From: Laetmonice hystrix
Taxonomy: Eukaryota
Length of the DNA: 64,000 nucleotides
Direction of reading: 5' to 3'
Assembly: GCA_965235115.1 (NCBI GenBank)
Contig: OZ249440.1
Coordinates: forward strand, 33,110,001-33,174,000
The position numbers were made by a program, and so were the translations under genes. Below, piece by piece: positions 47,201-58,856 of the stretch (position 1 is its first letter; the number at the start of each line of letters is the position of its first letter). The notes under the pieces were generated by a model. The model was given only the letters and a program-made list of their open reading frames with translations, searched no databases and had not been told where the DNA came from.

Positions 47201-48436
47201 TTATTGTCAGGCCCCCAATCCTTTTTAGCCGTAGACAGAGGCACATCATCGGACGAATCAAAGTCACTTTCCTCAGAGGACTCTTCATCTGCATTAGCAT
47301 CATGGTTGGTATCAACATCAGTCATCCACCCATCTTCACTTTCGCTGCTTGAAAGGTCAAATTCACTGTCTGATTGGTCTATGGCTTCCAAGACATCTTG
47401 TACAGTAAAGCGTTTCTGAAAAAGAAAAGCCATTTGGGGGGTGAATCATCCATATGAACCACCACCCTAACTTAAAAATAGTCATTATATTTTAGAAAAC
47501 AAGGGGAAAGTCTTGGCTAAATAAATCAATATTGGCCGCCTATTGTTATGAAAAACAGTTTTTGACAGCAAAAGAAGACTGGCTTGTTTATTTCAGTAAA
47601 ATAGAACTAAACCATTTAGGTAGCTATAACCTATAAATTACAGGGGCGGATATATATTGCAACTGGGGGGGGGGGGCTACATTCAGGATTTTGCAACTGG
47701 GGGGAGGGGGGCACTACATCCAGGATTTTGCAATGGGGGTGGGGGTTTAATGTATGTATGGCCTCTTAGGTAAGCCCCCAAAGCCCCCCCACTGGATCCG
47801 CCACTGGATTATACTAAATTATGAAATTTCGAAAATTCAGCAAAATTCGACCCCCCCCCCCCCCCCCCCGTGGTATAGTCCTGGATCCACCTTTGCCTAT
47901 AGGGTGTATCTAGGAATGGTCTGAAGGACATGATAGCAAAGGGGCGTTGAATAAAAACGATGTGTGCCTGCTGGCATGAGCCTCTTGAAAGTACTCAGAT
48001 CTTGGAGTGACTGACATTAGGATCTCTTAGCACGGGATATTTACCACTGTAGCTCACGAGCTACACAGAATTTGTCATGCTCCGCTCGAAAATTCATTGA
48101 CCTTTTTTTTTTAAATATTGTATGCATACATAAGCTAGAGGTATTCTAGGTATCAACTGACAACAAATTTAAGAAGTATTTGTAGTGTCAAGTACTGAGA
48201 TGATCAAGGTAAACCGACCTTGAATCCGGTGCGCTTTCCAAGGGTGGAGGCTGCCATCTTGTGTGAACGCTCGCCGGAACTCAGTTGACGGTGCTGCCAT
48301 CTAGTGTTATTTAAGCGACCTAGTAGGAGTGGCTCCTAGCCTGCATTGGTTAATACAGTTAAACAGGCAACAACTTGTCCACCAAATTAGCCTAATTAAA
48401 CCATGTAGAACGTGAGCTACACTGGTTAATAGAGGG
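44212..48436 (-). mobile_element. piggyBac DNA transposon, apparently complete
   Basis: Perfect 14-bp TIR CCCTCTATTAACCA; flanks CTAA (44208-44211) and TTAA (48437-48440); intact transposase. Confidence 0.95.
45655..47433 (-). CDS. piggyBac transposase (592 aa, PGBD3-like), DDD triad and C-terminal cysteine-rich domain
   Basis: MSRNRF, AVDEVM, KKWGFKLW, ADNFF, YNKSMGGVDLMD, CKNC...CSKCEIHLC...CF..FH. Confidence 0.95.
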   Translation of the reverse strand: MAFLFQKRFTVQDVLEAIDQSDSEFDLSSSESEDGWMTDVDTNHDANADEESSEESDFDSSDDVPLSTAKKDWGPDNKKTSKTPKPTYTFDPRRRFVPPVNIDFVEAALEPMPRDDLSPHGYFKRFVTDDMYSHLATETNNYAHQKSGINLQTTAKELEVFTGMYFHMGLVKMAAVGCYWETETRYPPVADVMSRNRFQKICSCLHIKNNLLVTDAEKQDRAWKIRPWIDFLNASFASVSSDENQAVDEVMVAFKGRSILKQYLPKKTKKWGFKLWARCASTGFLHRFELYQGRGTGMGTDGDLPNCGLGGNVVLNLCSSLPEKRNFKVFADNFFSNYQMIEELRKRDILYVGTINNNRLHGAPLKSEKELKEGGRGAFDSVVETTRNVAVVRWLDNRCVTVVSSYIGPEPLDSVRRYDRSQKKHVDVDRPGVIGVYNKSMGGVDLMDMMTSLYKNQLKSKRWYMYVFYHTLTIAMVNAWFLYKRDCRVLEVGKPMPLRKFQAHVAVALCNSAKPLRGRPSTDSAKKRKMQASRPGDHVRFDGNEHWPLQEDKRQRCKNCHDGFSFVKCSKCEIHLCFTRGKNCFTGFHHGV

Positions 48437-51400
48437 TTAAGCTATCCCCTTTTGCCATACATAAAGGCATATTGGGGATAGCTGGAACAGTCAAAGATTG
48501 TAAACGTTTGAGGTCTGGCCAACTGTTGGTAGAGTGTGCCACGAGGGCCCAATCTGCAAACCTGCTGAGTGCCACAGTACTCGCAGGTTACAGTATTAAG
48601 GCCTCTCGTCACCGGACGCTCAACTCAAGCAAGGGTGTTATTAGAACGAACTCTAGACACGACAACTGAACAGGAGATCCTTGCTGGGTTGAGCTGGCAA
48701 GGTGTGTCGGAAGTGAAAAGATTGGTTGTGAAACGAGATGGTGAAACCATAAAGACACACACTTATTTTCTCACTTTCGACAGGCCCACTGTACCAGTGG
48801 AACTCGAGATTGGCTTTTTGAAAGTAAAGGTGGATGTCTATATCCCAAACCCTCTGAGATGCTATAAATGCCAGAGGTTTGGGCATGGGACTGACTCGTG
48901 CCGGAATCAGCAGTTCAAATGTTCTCGCTGTGCTGAGACTGGCCATGACCATCTGGAATGTCAAAAAAAAAAAAAAATGTGCAAACTGTGGGGAGGACCA
49001 CTCTGCCACTTTTCGTGACTGTTCCGTGTGGAAAAAAGAAAAAGAAATTTTGAAGGTAAAGACGGAAAGAAAGATCAGCTTTCCAGAGGCACGCAAGTTG
49101 GTGGAGCAGTATATGCTTCCACCAACCATTAACACCTATGCTGCTGCCACCAAGCCTACCACATGGACTTTCGCTTGTCAAACGGAGATGGTGTGGCTCA
49201 AGGGAGATAAACCCGTGACCTACCCAGATCCTGCTGACAGCACGAGTCAACCACCAAAGATTGCCATCTCAAGTCAACCAGTTAAGAAAGCCATCTCAAC
49301 ACAGAGCCAGACAACCTCGGTTCCTCCTCCACAGGCCGGGCCGAGTACCAAAGAACCATCTCCAAAAAAAGATCAACAGAGTACCAAAGGACCATCCCCC
49401 AAAAAAGATCAACCAAAAAAGAAAAAAATTACAGATCGGCTGCCCAAGGCAGCCGCCAACAACAGTGCAATAGCACTTACAAATAAGTTTCAGCATCTTC
49501 AAGATGTTGAAATGGCTGACGCTACATCTTGCCGTAGTCGCAGCCTTTCCCCCAAAATAAAAACTAGGGGGCGTTTGCCTATTAAACCACCTTGATGGCA
49601 GGCAAATGCTTCCTTCAATGGAATTGTCGAGGCTTTAGAGCCAATTTTAATGAACTCAGACTTTTAGCAGAAAACCCCAACCCTCTTGCCTTTTGCTTAC
49701 AAGAAACATTCCTTACCGCCCGAGACAAGGTCTCATTTAAGGGCTATCAGACTTTCTTTGGTTTTGCGCCAGATGGTGATCGTGCTGCTGGCGGCACTGC
49801 CATTCTGGTTCGACAAGACCTCATCCATAGCCCTGTAACAATAGACACACCATTACAAGCAATAGCCATTCGCCTAACTCTGCATAAAGCCATCACTATC
49901 TGTTCCATATATATTCCGCCAAACAGTGTCTTGACCCAACAGGATCTTGATGATCTAGTGGGTCAACTACAATTCCCATATCTCCTTTTGGGAGACTTTA
50001 ACGGCCACACTCCCTCATGGGGTGGCACCACAACTGATGGCAAGGGCAGGAGGATTGAAGAGTTCATTGATAATGATGGTCTATGCATTTTAATGATGGT
50101 TCAAACACATACCTACATCCTGGTCATGGCACCTATACAGCCATTGACCTTGCAATAGCTGAACCAGATCTGGTGCTGGATTTCTCTTGGAGGGTCTGGG
50201 ATGACCTTTGCGGGAGTGACCACTTTCCCACCATTCTTACCTATGAAGGACCCAACATTGGGGAAAAACAACAAAGGTGGCAACTTAAGAAAGCTGACTG
50301 GCACTCCTTCCAGACCCTCTGTCGGGAGGAATTCAGAGCAGACACCATTAACAATCCTGAAGCAATGGATGATTTTTACCTCACTTTTAATCTCCATTGC
50401 AGACAGGACAGTTCCTAAAACCTTGACAATTCCTAAACATGTCTCAAATCCATGGTTTAATGATGAATGCAAACAGGCAATTAAAGACCGGAAGAAAGCA
50501 GAACGCCTTTTTAACAGGCACCCAACTGCAGTGAACCTCACTAATTTTAAAATCATGAGAGCATGGGCACACCGTATCTGTAAAGAGAGAGGAGGCAGAG
50601 CTGGAGAGACTATGTCTCCAGCCTGACCTCTCGTACGTCCATCACAAAAATCTGGAAGATGATACGGAAACTTAAAGGCAAGGGAGGTGGTACTAGAGTT
50701 CAACACTTAAAACACCAAGACACCCTACTAACCACCACAGATGAAATAGCAAATAAACTGGCCAAAACCTTTGAAACAAACTCCTCCTCCAGGAACTGCC
50801 TCCCTCAATTCCAGGCCATTCGTGCTCGAAAAGAGAGACAAAAACTGGGTTTCCACTCAACGACGCAGAAGAGTATAACCAACTCTTTTCCATTGAAGAA
50901 CTAAGATGCTCTCTTAAAAAATCACACGACACTGCAGTTGGACCTGACAAAATACATTACCAATTCTTAAAACATCTACCTGGATAACTGGTAATATACC
51001 ACTTTCCTGGCAAGAAGCAATAATCATCCCCATCCCAAAACCAGGAAAAGACCATAGTGAAGCTAACAATTACAGACCAATAGCCTTAACAAGTTGCCTG
51101 TGCAAAACCATGGAGAGAATGATTAATGATCGCCTCGTCTGGAAGCTGGAGTCTGAGCAGCTCATAACCGAGTTTCAGTGTGGCTTCCGGCGAGGGAGAA
51201 GTACTCTTGATCATCTAATCAGACTCGAGACATACCTCCGAGATGCTTTTATCAACCGTGAACATGTTGCCGTCTTTTTCGACCTTGAAAAGGCATATGA
51301 CACAACATGGAAGTACGGCATTTTAAAAGATTTCATGATATGGGTTTTAGGGGGCGTTTGCCCCTTTTCATATCCCAGTTTTTATCCAACAGACATTTTC

Positions 51401-53549
51401 AAGTCAGAGTAGGCACGACCCTGTCTGACTTGCATGACCAAGAATTAGGTGTGCCTCATGGAAGCATTTTGTCCGTTACCCTTTTTAGTATTAAGATCAA
51501 CAGCATTGTTAACTCAGTTAAAACTGGCATGCCCTGCAGCCTGTTCGTCGATGACTTTGACGTCTGGTGCAGAGGCAAAAACATGATTACCATTGAGAGG
51601 CAGCTCCAACTCTGTCTCAACAGAATCCACACTTGGTCGGTGAAAAATGGTTTTAAATTTTCGAAATCTAAAACGGTCTGCATGCATTTCTGCAAACTGC
51701 GTGCTTTCCACCTTGACCCCGAGTTGACAATGGATGGAGATCCTATCAATGTTGTTAAAGAGACAAAGTTTCTGGGACTCACTTTTGACAGCAAGCTCTC
51801 TTTTATCCCTCACATTAAATCACTCAAATCCAGATGCCTTAAGGCTCTGGACGTTCTCAAGGTTTTATCTGGCACAAACTGGGGGGCAGACAGTACAGTC
51901 CTTTTACAACTCTACAGAGCTTTAATCCGGTCGAAGCTCGATTACGGTAGCATAGTTTATGGTTCTGCTTGTAAGTCTTACATTCGGCTTTTGGACACGG
52001 TTCAACACCAGGGTTTGCGGCTTTCACTTGGGGCTTTTAGAACGTCCCCTGTTCAGAGCCTCTATGTGGAGCCTCTATGTGGAGCCATCGCTTGACAACA
52101 GGCGTCTGAAGCTGGCTCTGCAGTATGCAGTCAAGCTCGGGACAAACAGGTCAAATCCAGCTTACAATTGCGTTTTTCAACATTTATATGAAAGAAAGGA
52201 AACGTACATGTTATACGTCCTTTTGGACTGAGGGTGAAACCTCATCTAGAGGAACTGGATACTGATCTGAACGTCCTGGGGCAGACACATTTTTGCAACA
52301 TTCCTCCTTGGGACCTGGAAAAGCCTGACGTCATTCTTCAGTTGGCTCAACTGAAGAAGTCAGAGACTCATCCCCTGACATATTTTGAACATTTTCTTGA
52401 CGTCCAGGCAAGGTATCCCTCACATTATGCCTTCTATACAGATGGCTCAAAGGATGGCAGTGATGTGTCTGCGGCTGCAGTTCATGGCAAGCACAACTTT
52501 GGCACCCGCATCTCAGGGCAAAGTTCCATCTTCTCAGCAGAGGCCCAGGCCCTGCTTTTGGCCCTTCAAAATATTGAAGTTTCTAGTGAAAAGGATTTCC
52601 TCATTTTCTCGGATTCCTTATCCTGTCTGCAGGCACTTGCTAACTTGAACACAGATCACCCAGTGATCGTCCAAATCTTGTCCAAGTTGATATTCACTTT
52701 TGCTGGGTGCCTGGGCATGTTGGTATCCCAGGCAATGAGCAAGCTGACAGAACTGCTCTTGAAACAGACGTCGAACTGTGTCCAATCCCAGCCTCTGACG
52801 TGAACCAAAGGTGTCATGAAATTGTTTATACTTGATGCAGGATTGGTCATTCTAGATTAACCCACGTGTTTTTATTGAAGGGGGAGCCACCTCCAGAGTG
52901 TCATGGCTGTCAGTGTCCTTTGACACTGAAGCATCTTTTACTTGAGTGTGGTGATTTTACTCTGATTTTTCTCACAGAAAGACTGTGACAATTCTCTTGG
53001 TATTAGGACTAATGCTTTTGTGTACTGATTTACCTCACACAACTACTTTCGTACTAGAACCTTTAAATTGAGGCAATTTTCCATGCATGTGTACCGACTG
53101 GAAGCCTAATGGAAAATGCTGGTCACCATTAGACTTCCCTGTAAGGTTACTGTATTAGACCAGCTATTTAAGTATTATTAGTTAAGCTCAATTATTGGGG
53201 ATCACACACACACACACACAGACTGTGGTATTTCTCTACTTGGTAAGGACCGACACTTTGGTGTAATAATTTACTTGGCACAACTGACTTTTTTACTTCG
53301 TACCATAGGCTACTCGAGGATATGAGGCGGTAGAGCTAATATAGTGTATTTACTTCTGTATATTGGTGTAAAAATGGGATACTTTTGTTAAAGTAAATCG
53401 CAATGTAGGATAGGAACCCTGCAATTTCCCAAATAAGGATGAAGGATGGTAAGTAGACTAGACTACGAGCTAAGTGATTGAATTGTAATTTTCTTGAAAT
53501 AAAATTGTCTTGATTTATTTTCCCCTTGAAAGGGTTGTATCATTTATAG

Positions 53550-53817
53550 GCCTACAGTTGACCCAAATATTTGGGTATACCCTGGATAACCAAATGACCC
53601 AAGTAGCGTAGTAAAAAATGACCCAAAAACGCGTTACTTGCCTTCATTGAACCAAAAATTGGGTTAAACTACTGACCCAACTCATGTGGTCACAGTGTTG
53701 ACCCATACGCATGGGTCATTTTTACCCAGTATGTGGTAGTTGCTATAGTGACCCAGCAAATAGTAAAATTTTGACCCCATTTGGGTTAAAAATAACCCAG
53801 TCGAATTTAGAGTGTAA
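53550..53817. mobile_element. Probable one-ended CACTA/EnSpm-like non-autonomous remnant with TGACCCA subterminal repeats
   Basis: Many (T)GACCCA/TGGGT motifs ending in TTTAGAGTG (reverse complement CACTCTAAA); the other end was not found. Confidence 0.45.
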
Positions 53818-53849
53818 TTGCATATGCCAGCAAATCCCTTGATAAGTCA

Positions 53850-55120
53850 CGCATGAACTATTGCACTACAAAGAAAGAACTATATGCTGTAGTTGAGTTT
53901 GTAAAGCATTTTAGGCATTACTTATATAAGTACTGCAGGTCACCTAGGGGTCACAAGTTTGACTAAGAGCATTAGGCAAAGGTTTTATTGGCCAAGTTAC
54001 AAGAGAGACATCATCAGTTTGTGTCAGAAATGTGACATCTGTGCCCGTAGAAAACCTGGTCCAAAAAGGTGGCGTGCTAATCTCACCCAAGAAGCAATTG
54101 GCAGTCCATTAGAGAAAGTGGCTATTGACATTCTAGGGCCCTTACCAATTACAGACAATGGCAATCAGTATATCCTAGTTTTAGGTGACTATTACACAAA
54201 GTGGACAGAAGCGTGGGCATTACCTGATCAGACCGCTCAGCGAGTAGCTGATTGTGTAATGGAATTTATAAGTCGTTTAGGGTGTCTCCGACAATTATAT
54301 TCAGATCAGGGTAGAAATTTTGAATCTGATCTACTCAAACAGATCTGTGGCCTCATGCAAGTGCACAAAACTCAACCTCATACAGACACCAGTCCGATGG
54401 CCTTGTAGAACGATTTAATAGAACCCTCCAACAGATGCTTGCCATGTATGTGAATGAGAACCGGGATGATTGGGACGATCATCTTATGTATGTCATGATG
54501 GCATATCGAGCCTCTGTACACGAGAGCACAAACTGCACTCCAAACCTTCTCATGTTGGGTAGGGAGGCTAATGTACCATTAGATATCATGGTAGGGCAGC
54601 CTCCTAATAGCAAGCAGGCTAGGTGCCCTATCAAGTATGTGCAGTGGGTTCGACGGGCCACAGAAGAAGCGTTTATATATGTACACATTTTTCTTCAGAA
54701 AAGTGCTGTAAGGCAGAAACGTCTGTATGATAGAGGCTCAGGTTTGAGTACATTCAAAGAAGGTGACTAGGTATGGCACTACTACTACTACTCAAGCGAA
54801 AGGGCTGGCGTGGACCATTCCTAGTTATTAAGAAATTAACTGTCACCTACCAAATCCAACAAGCAGAGCACAGTAAAATAATCACTGTACATGTGGATGC
54901 CTTGAAACCATACCAAGGCATCAATGCACCACAAAGTTGGTTAGAGATTAAGGAGACTTAATGAGTCAGCACCTGACATGCATGATGCATCATTCATAAC
55001 CACCGATGACAGTGAGTCAGAGGAGAGCCTAAATCCTGAATCAAACAGGAATGATACCTCTCCTTCCGGCCCAAAAACTGTCACCGCAGACGGCACCACG
55101 TTAAGACGAGGCACCAGGTA
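53850..55120 (+). pseudogene. Gypsy LTR-retrotransposon pol remnant (RNase H piece and integrase)
   Basis: NYCTTKKELYAVVEFVKHFRHYL, GHLG, FYWP..C..C, AIDILGPLP, SDQGRNFES, VERFNRTL, AYRASVHEST..TPN, WRGPF; frameshifts and a deletion. Confidence 0.92.
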
Positions 55121-55166
55121 GGGAAACCACCAGTCCAGATGGACCTTTAACTGACATAAAACAAAA

Positions 55167-56512
55167 ATGTCATCTTCCCTTTTTAGGCATGATCTGACCG
55201 AACTGGACGCCCTGGAGGTCGAGTTGGATTATGACGAATTAAATGAAGATGATGGCGCCCTTTTCCACCCTTGAGTCCCCTACCGCATTCCCCTGGCAAT
55301 AAAGGCACGGATTTAACGTGTCAGGCCACCCCTCTTAAAGCTGAAGGCACTGCCAAAGTGTGCCAGGCTACCGTTCCAATTCCCAACCCAAAAGGCACTG
55401 CTCAAAAGTGTCCACGACTTTCTAGCACCGTGACAGGGAAGCCAGTTATCTTCCCTTGCCCAGTGGAAGTGTGCCGACAGATGAACCTCAGTCTGCCAAG
55501 ACAGTCGGCAGTATTCGGCCTTCGCGGCCAAGCATTGGCAATATCTCCACCAACCAGAGATCATCCTACACTGGTGTCCAGTTCCGGACTGTGGCTTCCT
55601 GTCCCCAGAACGAGGATCCCTGAAACGGCACATCGCCACGGCCCACGAAGCACAAGCCAAGAAGGCCCTGGGCCCGGTTTTTTTGTTTACTATTCCACCG
55701 TGAGCAAGGGTGAGCTAAGCTGAGCAAGGTGAGCATGAGCGCATTCTCAGCGTTTTCGTGGTTTTTGGGTTGCTTTTTCCATGAGGCGTGCTCATGGTGA
55801 GCAAGCTCGCGGAAAAACACCCGAAAAAACGAAAACAGTGAGCAAAACGGTGAGCATGAGCTTCTGTTCACCCTTGATCAGCTCAGCTCACCCTTGCTCA
55901 CGGTGGAAAAGTAAACAAAAAAACCGGGCCCAGGAATTGAAAGAAAAGGTTTGGTTTTGCTCCCTGAGAGAAAACGTCAGGTACCAGGCACCAGGCTCGG
56001 TCACCCCGCATCGTGACCCCTATTCCGGACACATCACGTGCCAGTTCCCGACCAAGCTGCCAGTAGGAGCACTGCCCCTGGAGCAAAGATCTTGGAAGGG
56101 CGGACCCCTTGTGCCGTCAACCAGACCTGCAGAGAAGGAGTTGGAGGAGGCCATCCAGGGACAGAAACCTGACACCCAGGATCTACGGGTCCTCACCACT
56201 GTCATGCGGGGCTTGGAGAGGCAGGAGCAAGAGATGAGGACGATGAAGGACGACCTGAAGAGAAAGCTGAAGACTATAGAGGTTCAAGAGCTCCAGGAAA
56301 AGATAGCACGACTGGAGCAAAAGAACCAAGAACAGCAGTCCAGGGTGGGTCGACCGTCCATAGTTGCCGACCTAAGGAACATTCGGATTAGCAGGGGATA
56401 TGTGCTGTACCCCCATCTAACAAAGACACAAGTATTTCCGCTCACGACTTCTGGCGTCCAGTCCCTGTCCCTGCAGGGCCGCACCCAGGCACAGGCATCC
56501 GAGATGTTGTAG
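55167..56512 (+). pseudogene. Extra ORF downstream of the Gypsy integrase: C2H2 zinc finger(s) and coiled coil; split by a MITE
   Basis: CPVPDC-x12-H-IATA-H at ~55575-55650 and a frameshifted upstream finger (CPVEVC...KHWQYLH). Frame continues across the MITE into ELKEKVWF... and a heptad-rich tail. Confidence 0.6.
55671..55930. mobile_element. PIF/Harbinger-type MITE
   Basis: Long TIR GGCCCGGTTTTTTTGTTTACT.TTCCACCGTGAGCA; flanks CTG and CAG; second copy at 59340-59571. Confidence 0.75.
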
Positions 56513-56993
56513 GCCTAACTGTCTGTGTCCGAACCAAACAGAACCCCAACAATCAGCAATCGGAACATTTATGGGGACATGTAACTAAGTAGAGTTGTGT
56601 GGAGCACCCTGTGCATACTGTCTATTAAAATTTGAACCTGGATCATTTTGTTTGACTTGTATTGTTGACTCTTGTTTGCAGATTATCGTCGAGGACAGTG
56701 GGTCGTCCATAACCTATGCTGCTCCTTTATTGTAGAACTTATTGTAGAACTTAGTGTAGGATAGTAAATATTATTGTAAATATGTGTGACGATTGGGCTG
56801 GCCCAACGTCTGTGTCAAGTGCATGTGCACTAAGCACGTCGCTACCCCGGCCACACATCGCCTGTGTGTGCAACCCCCATGACACGTCGGAGGACAAAAT
56901 GCTGTGGTAGGATTATTTACTTGGATCCCTAGTACACGGTCATGTTGGATAATCGCCGGAAATCCGCAAAAATGTACATTTTAGCATGCCCTT

Positions 56994-58030
56994 TTAACAA
57001 GACTGACAGACTGAGTCAGTGTCAGCCAGGATGTCCACCATAGTCATGCGCCTGGGGTGGCGCCTTGCAAACATGGTGATTACAGTTTCCACGTCAATTT
57101 TAATGTCGCGGTGGACATGCATAAGGGCAAGGCCATTGAGACGCTCAGTACTCATGCTGCTTCTCAGACAGGTCTTTAGCTGCTTTAGACCGCTGAATGA
57201 ACGTTCTGCAGTGCAGCTTGTGACTGGTCGACAGGTAAGGATGCGGAGGCGGGTTTTGATGTTGGTATATGGGGTTGTGTGGGGGGAGCGTTTCAGCTCA
57301 GCCTCGATGGTCATGGGTGATGGAAGGTCATTCCTGTAGTTGTCAAGGAAAGACTCTAGATTTTGCTGGGAATCTGGCATGGCAGTGAGAGCTGATGGCA
57401 CCAGGGCCATTCCCTTCAAGGCACTGTAGTGGAGAGCAGTGAAGCGTGTTTGCCTCTCCATTATGAGGTGATCCAACAGTGGGAGGGTAATATTTCTTTT
57501 GAAATAGGTGCTAGGGCTGTCAGCAGGTGTATTCTGTCTGTGCTGCTGGCGACCACATAGGCGAGGTATTCTTGGTCAGGGGCGTAGACAAGTGGTGAAA
57601 TCTGGGGGGGGGGGGGGCTATGGATGGTTGTTAACATAAAGAGTGCATGTGCTAGAAACAGTGCATGTGCTAGAAACAATCTGGGGCACAAAGGTTATTA
57701 TAGGCCACCCTTAAAAATCGGGGGGGGGGGGGCTTCAGCCCCCCCCAAGCCCCCCCCCCCCCTTGTCTACGCCCCTGTTGGTGTAGTACCAACAGATTCA
57801 CAGAGTTTGTTATGGTAGGTGTCTTCATTGTCTCTCACATCTTTGAGTACTCTGAGCACTGTGTGCACCTCCTGTCAGGCTTGAAGAATGTCCAGAGCTT
57901 TGGCTTGAAGGCCAACTGTGATGCCACGGATGTATGCCAAGACTGTAGAGGTGATCATCACAATAGCGGATCCAGGGGGGTGTTTCAATCAGCGCGTCGG
58001 ACCGTCCTACCGACAGATATCTGATAGCAA
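56994..58030 (-). pseudogene. hAT transposase remnant (C-terminal dimerisation domain; THAP12/ZMYM1-like group)
   Basis: PVTSCTAERSFSGLKQLKTCLRSSMSTERLNGLALMHVHRDI...FARRHPRRM, with upstream degenerate coding pieces. Confidence 0.9.
57577..57777. mobile_element. hAT-like MITE with 5-bp TSD
   Basis: Perfect 16-bp TIR CAGGGGCGTAGACAAG; TSD TTGGT at 57572-57576 and 57778-57782. Confidence 0.88.
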
Positions 58031-58856
58031 GACACACCTAAAAAAAGGACATTAGGCCTACTTCAGCAGGCTAGGTGCTATCTAGGAGCCTCTGATCAAA
58101 ACTGGTTGATATACCATCCAATTTATGTAAGACCTTTTCTTGGAATGTAAGAGGCCCAATTCCTGAGAGTAAAAAATGGGATACAGCAACAAGCGTATGT
58201 AAAAAGCACGCAAACTTCCAAAACCTGCACTTAGTTTTCTTTAATTGGCGTTAAGCACTATTACAAAGAACCAGAAATTATAATAAGTTACTCACACAAT
58301 GTATTAGGAAACAAGAAAAACCTTATCAGCTTGTCTGATATTCTCGTCTTTGTCATAACAGAGTTGCTTTCTTGAAGATGGATGCAGCTCTGCCAATATT
58401 TCTGTTATCGTCTGGGTCTTTAACCTCCTTTTTCGGTCAGTGCATCTGACTTTTGGACGGATGTAGATGCTTCCGAGGGGCTATTTTCTTTTATGCAGTC
58501 AAACTAGGAGAACGGGAATGCTTTGCTGTAGGCTACATTTTATTCATATAGTAACCCGTCGATCACCCCATGCAATGGGGAACTCTACAAACATTATAAT
58601 ATGGTACCTAAATGATAAATCTATATAAGGTGTAACATATATATGTAGCATAACATAACAATACCATAGTAGTATAATACCATAACTGATAATACATTAT
58701 ATGGAAATACATTATAGTAATGCCTTATTACGTGGAGACAATGCCCACAACATCCAGGAACCCAAATACATCCCCATCCAACCAAACTCAGAAAAGAACT
58801 CAGGCAGCCATGCTGACCCTGAGCCAAACCGAGTAGGCCTACATAAAAACATAAGT

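Larger units (their letters stand above)
40161..52970 (+). mobile_element. I/Nimb-type LINE, copy 3: 5' end intact, 3' UTR missing, interrupted by a foldback element and a piggyBac
   Basis: Pieces 40161-40295, 43677-44211 and 48441-52970 are colinear with copy 2. ORF1 has three knuckles (CYKCQRFGH, CSRCAETGH, CANCGEDH); TGATG at 49593-49597; APE, RT (LFVDD), RNase H (YTDGSK, AEAQA, FSDSLS) and C-terminal CHGCQCPLTLKHLLLEC; multiple frameshifts. Confidence 0.93.

Noticed and set aside
56780..56900. Possible Gypsy 3' LTR starting TGTGACG
   Set aside because: No second LTR, clear polypurine tract or CA end with a TSD in the window.
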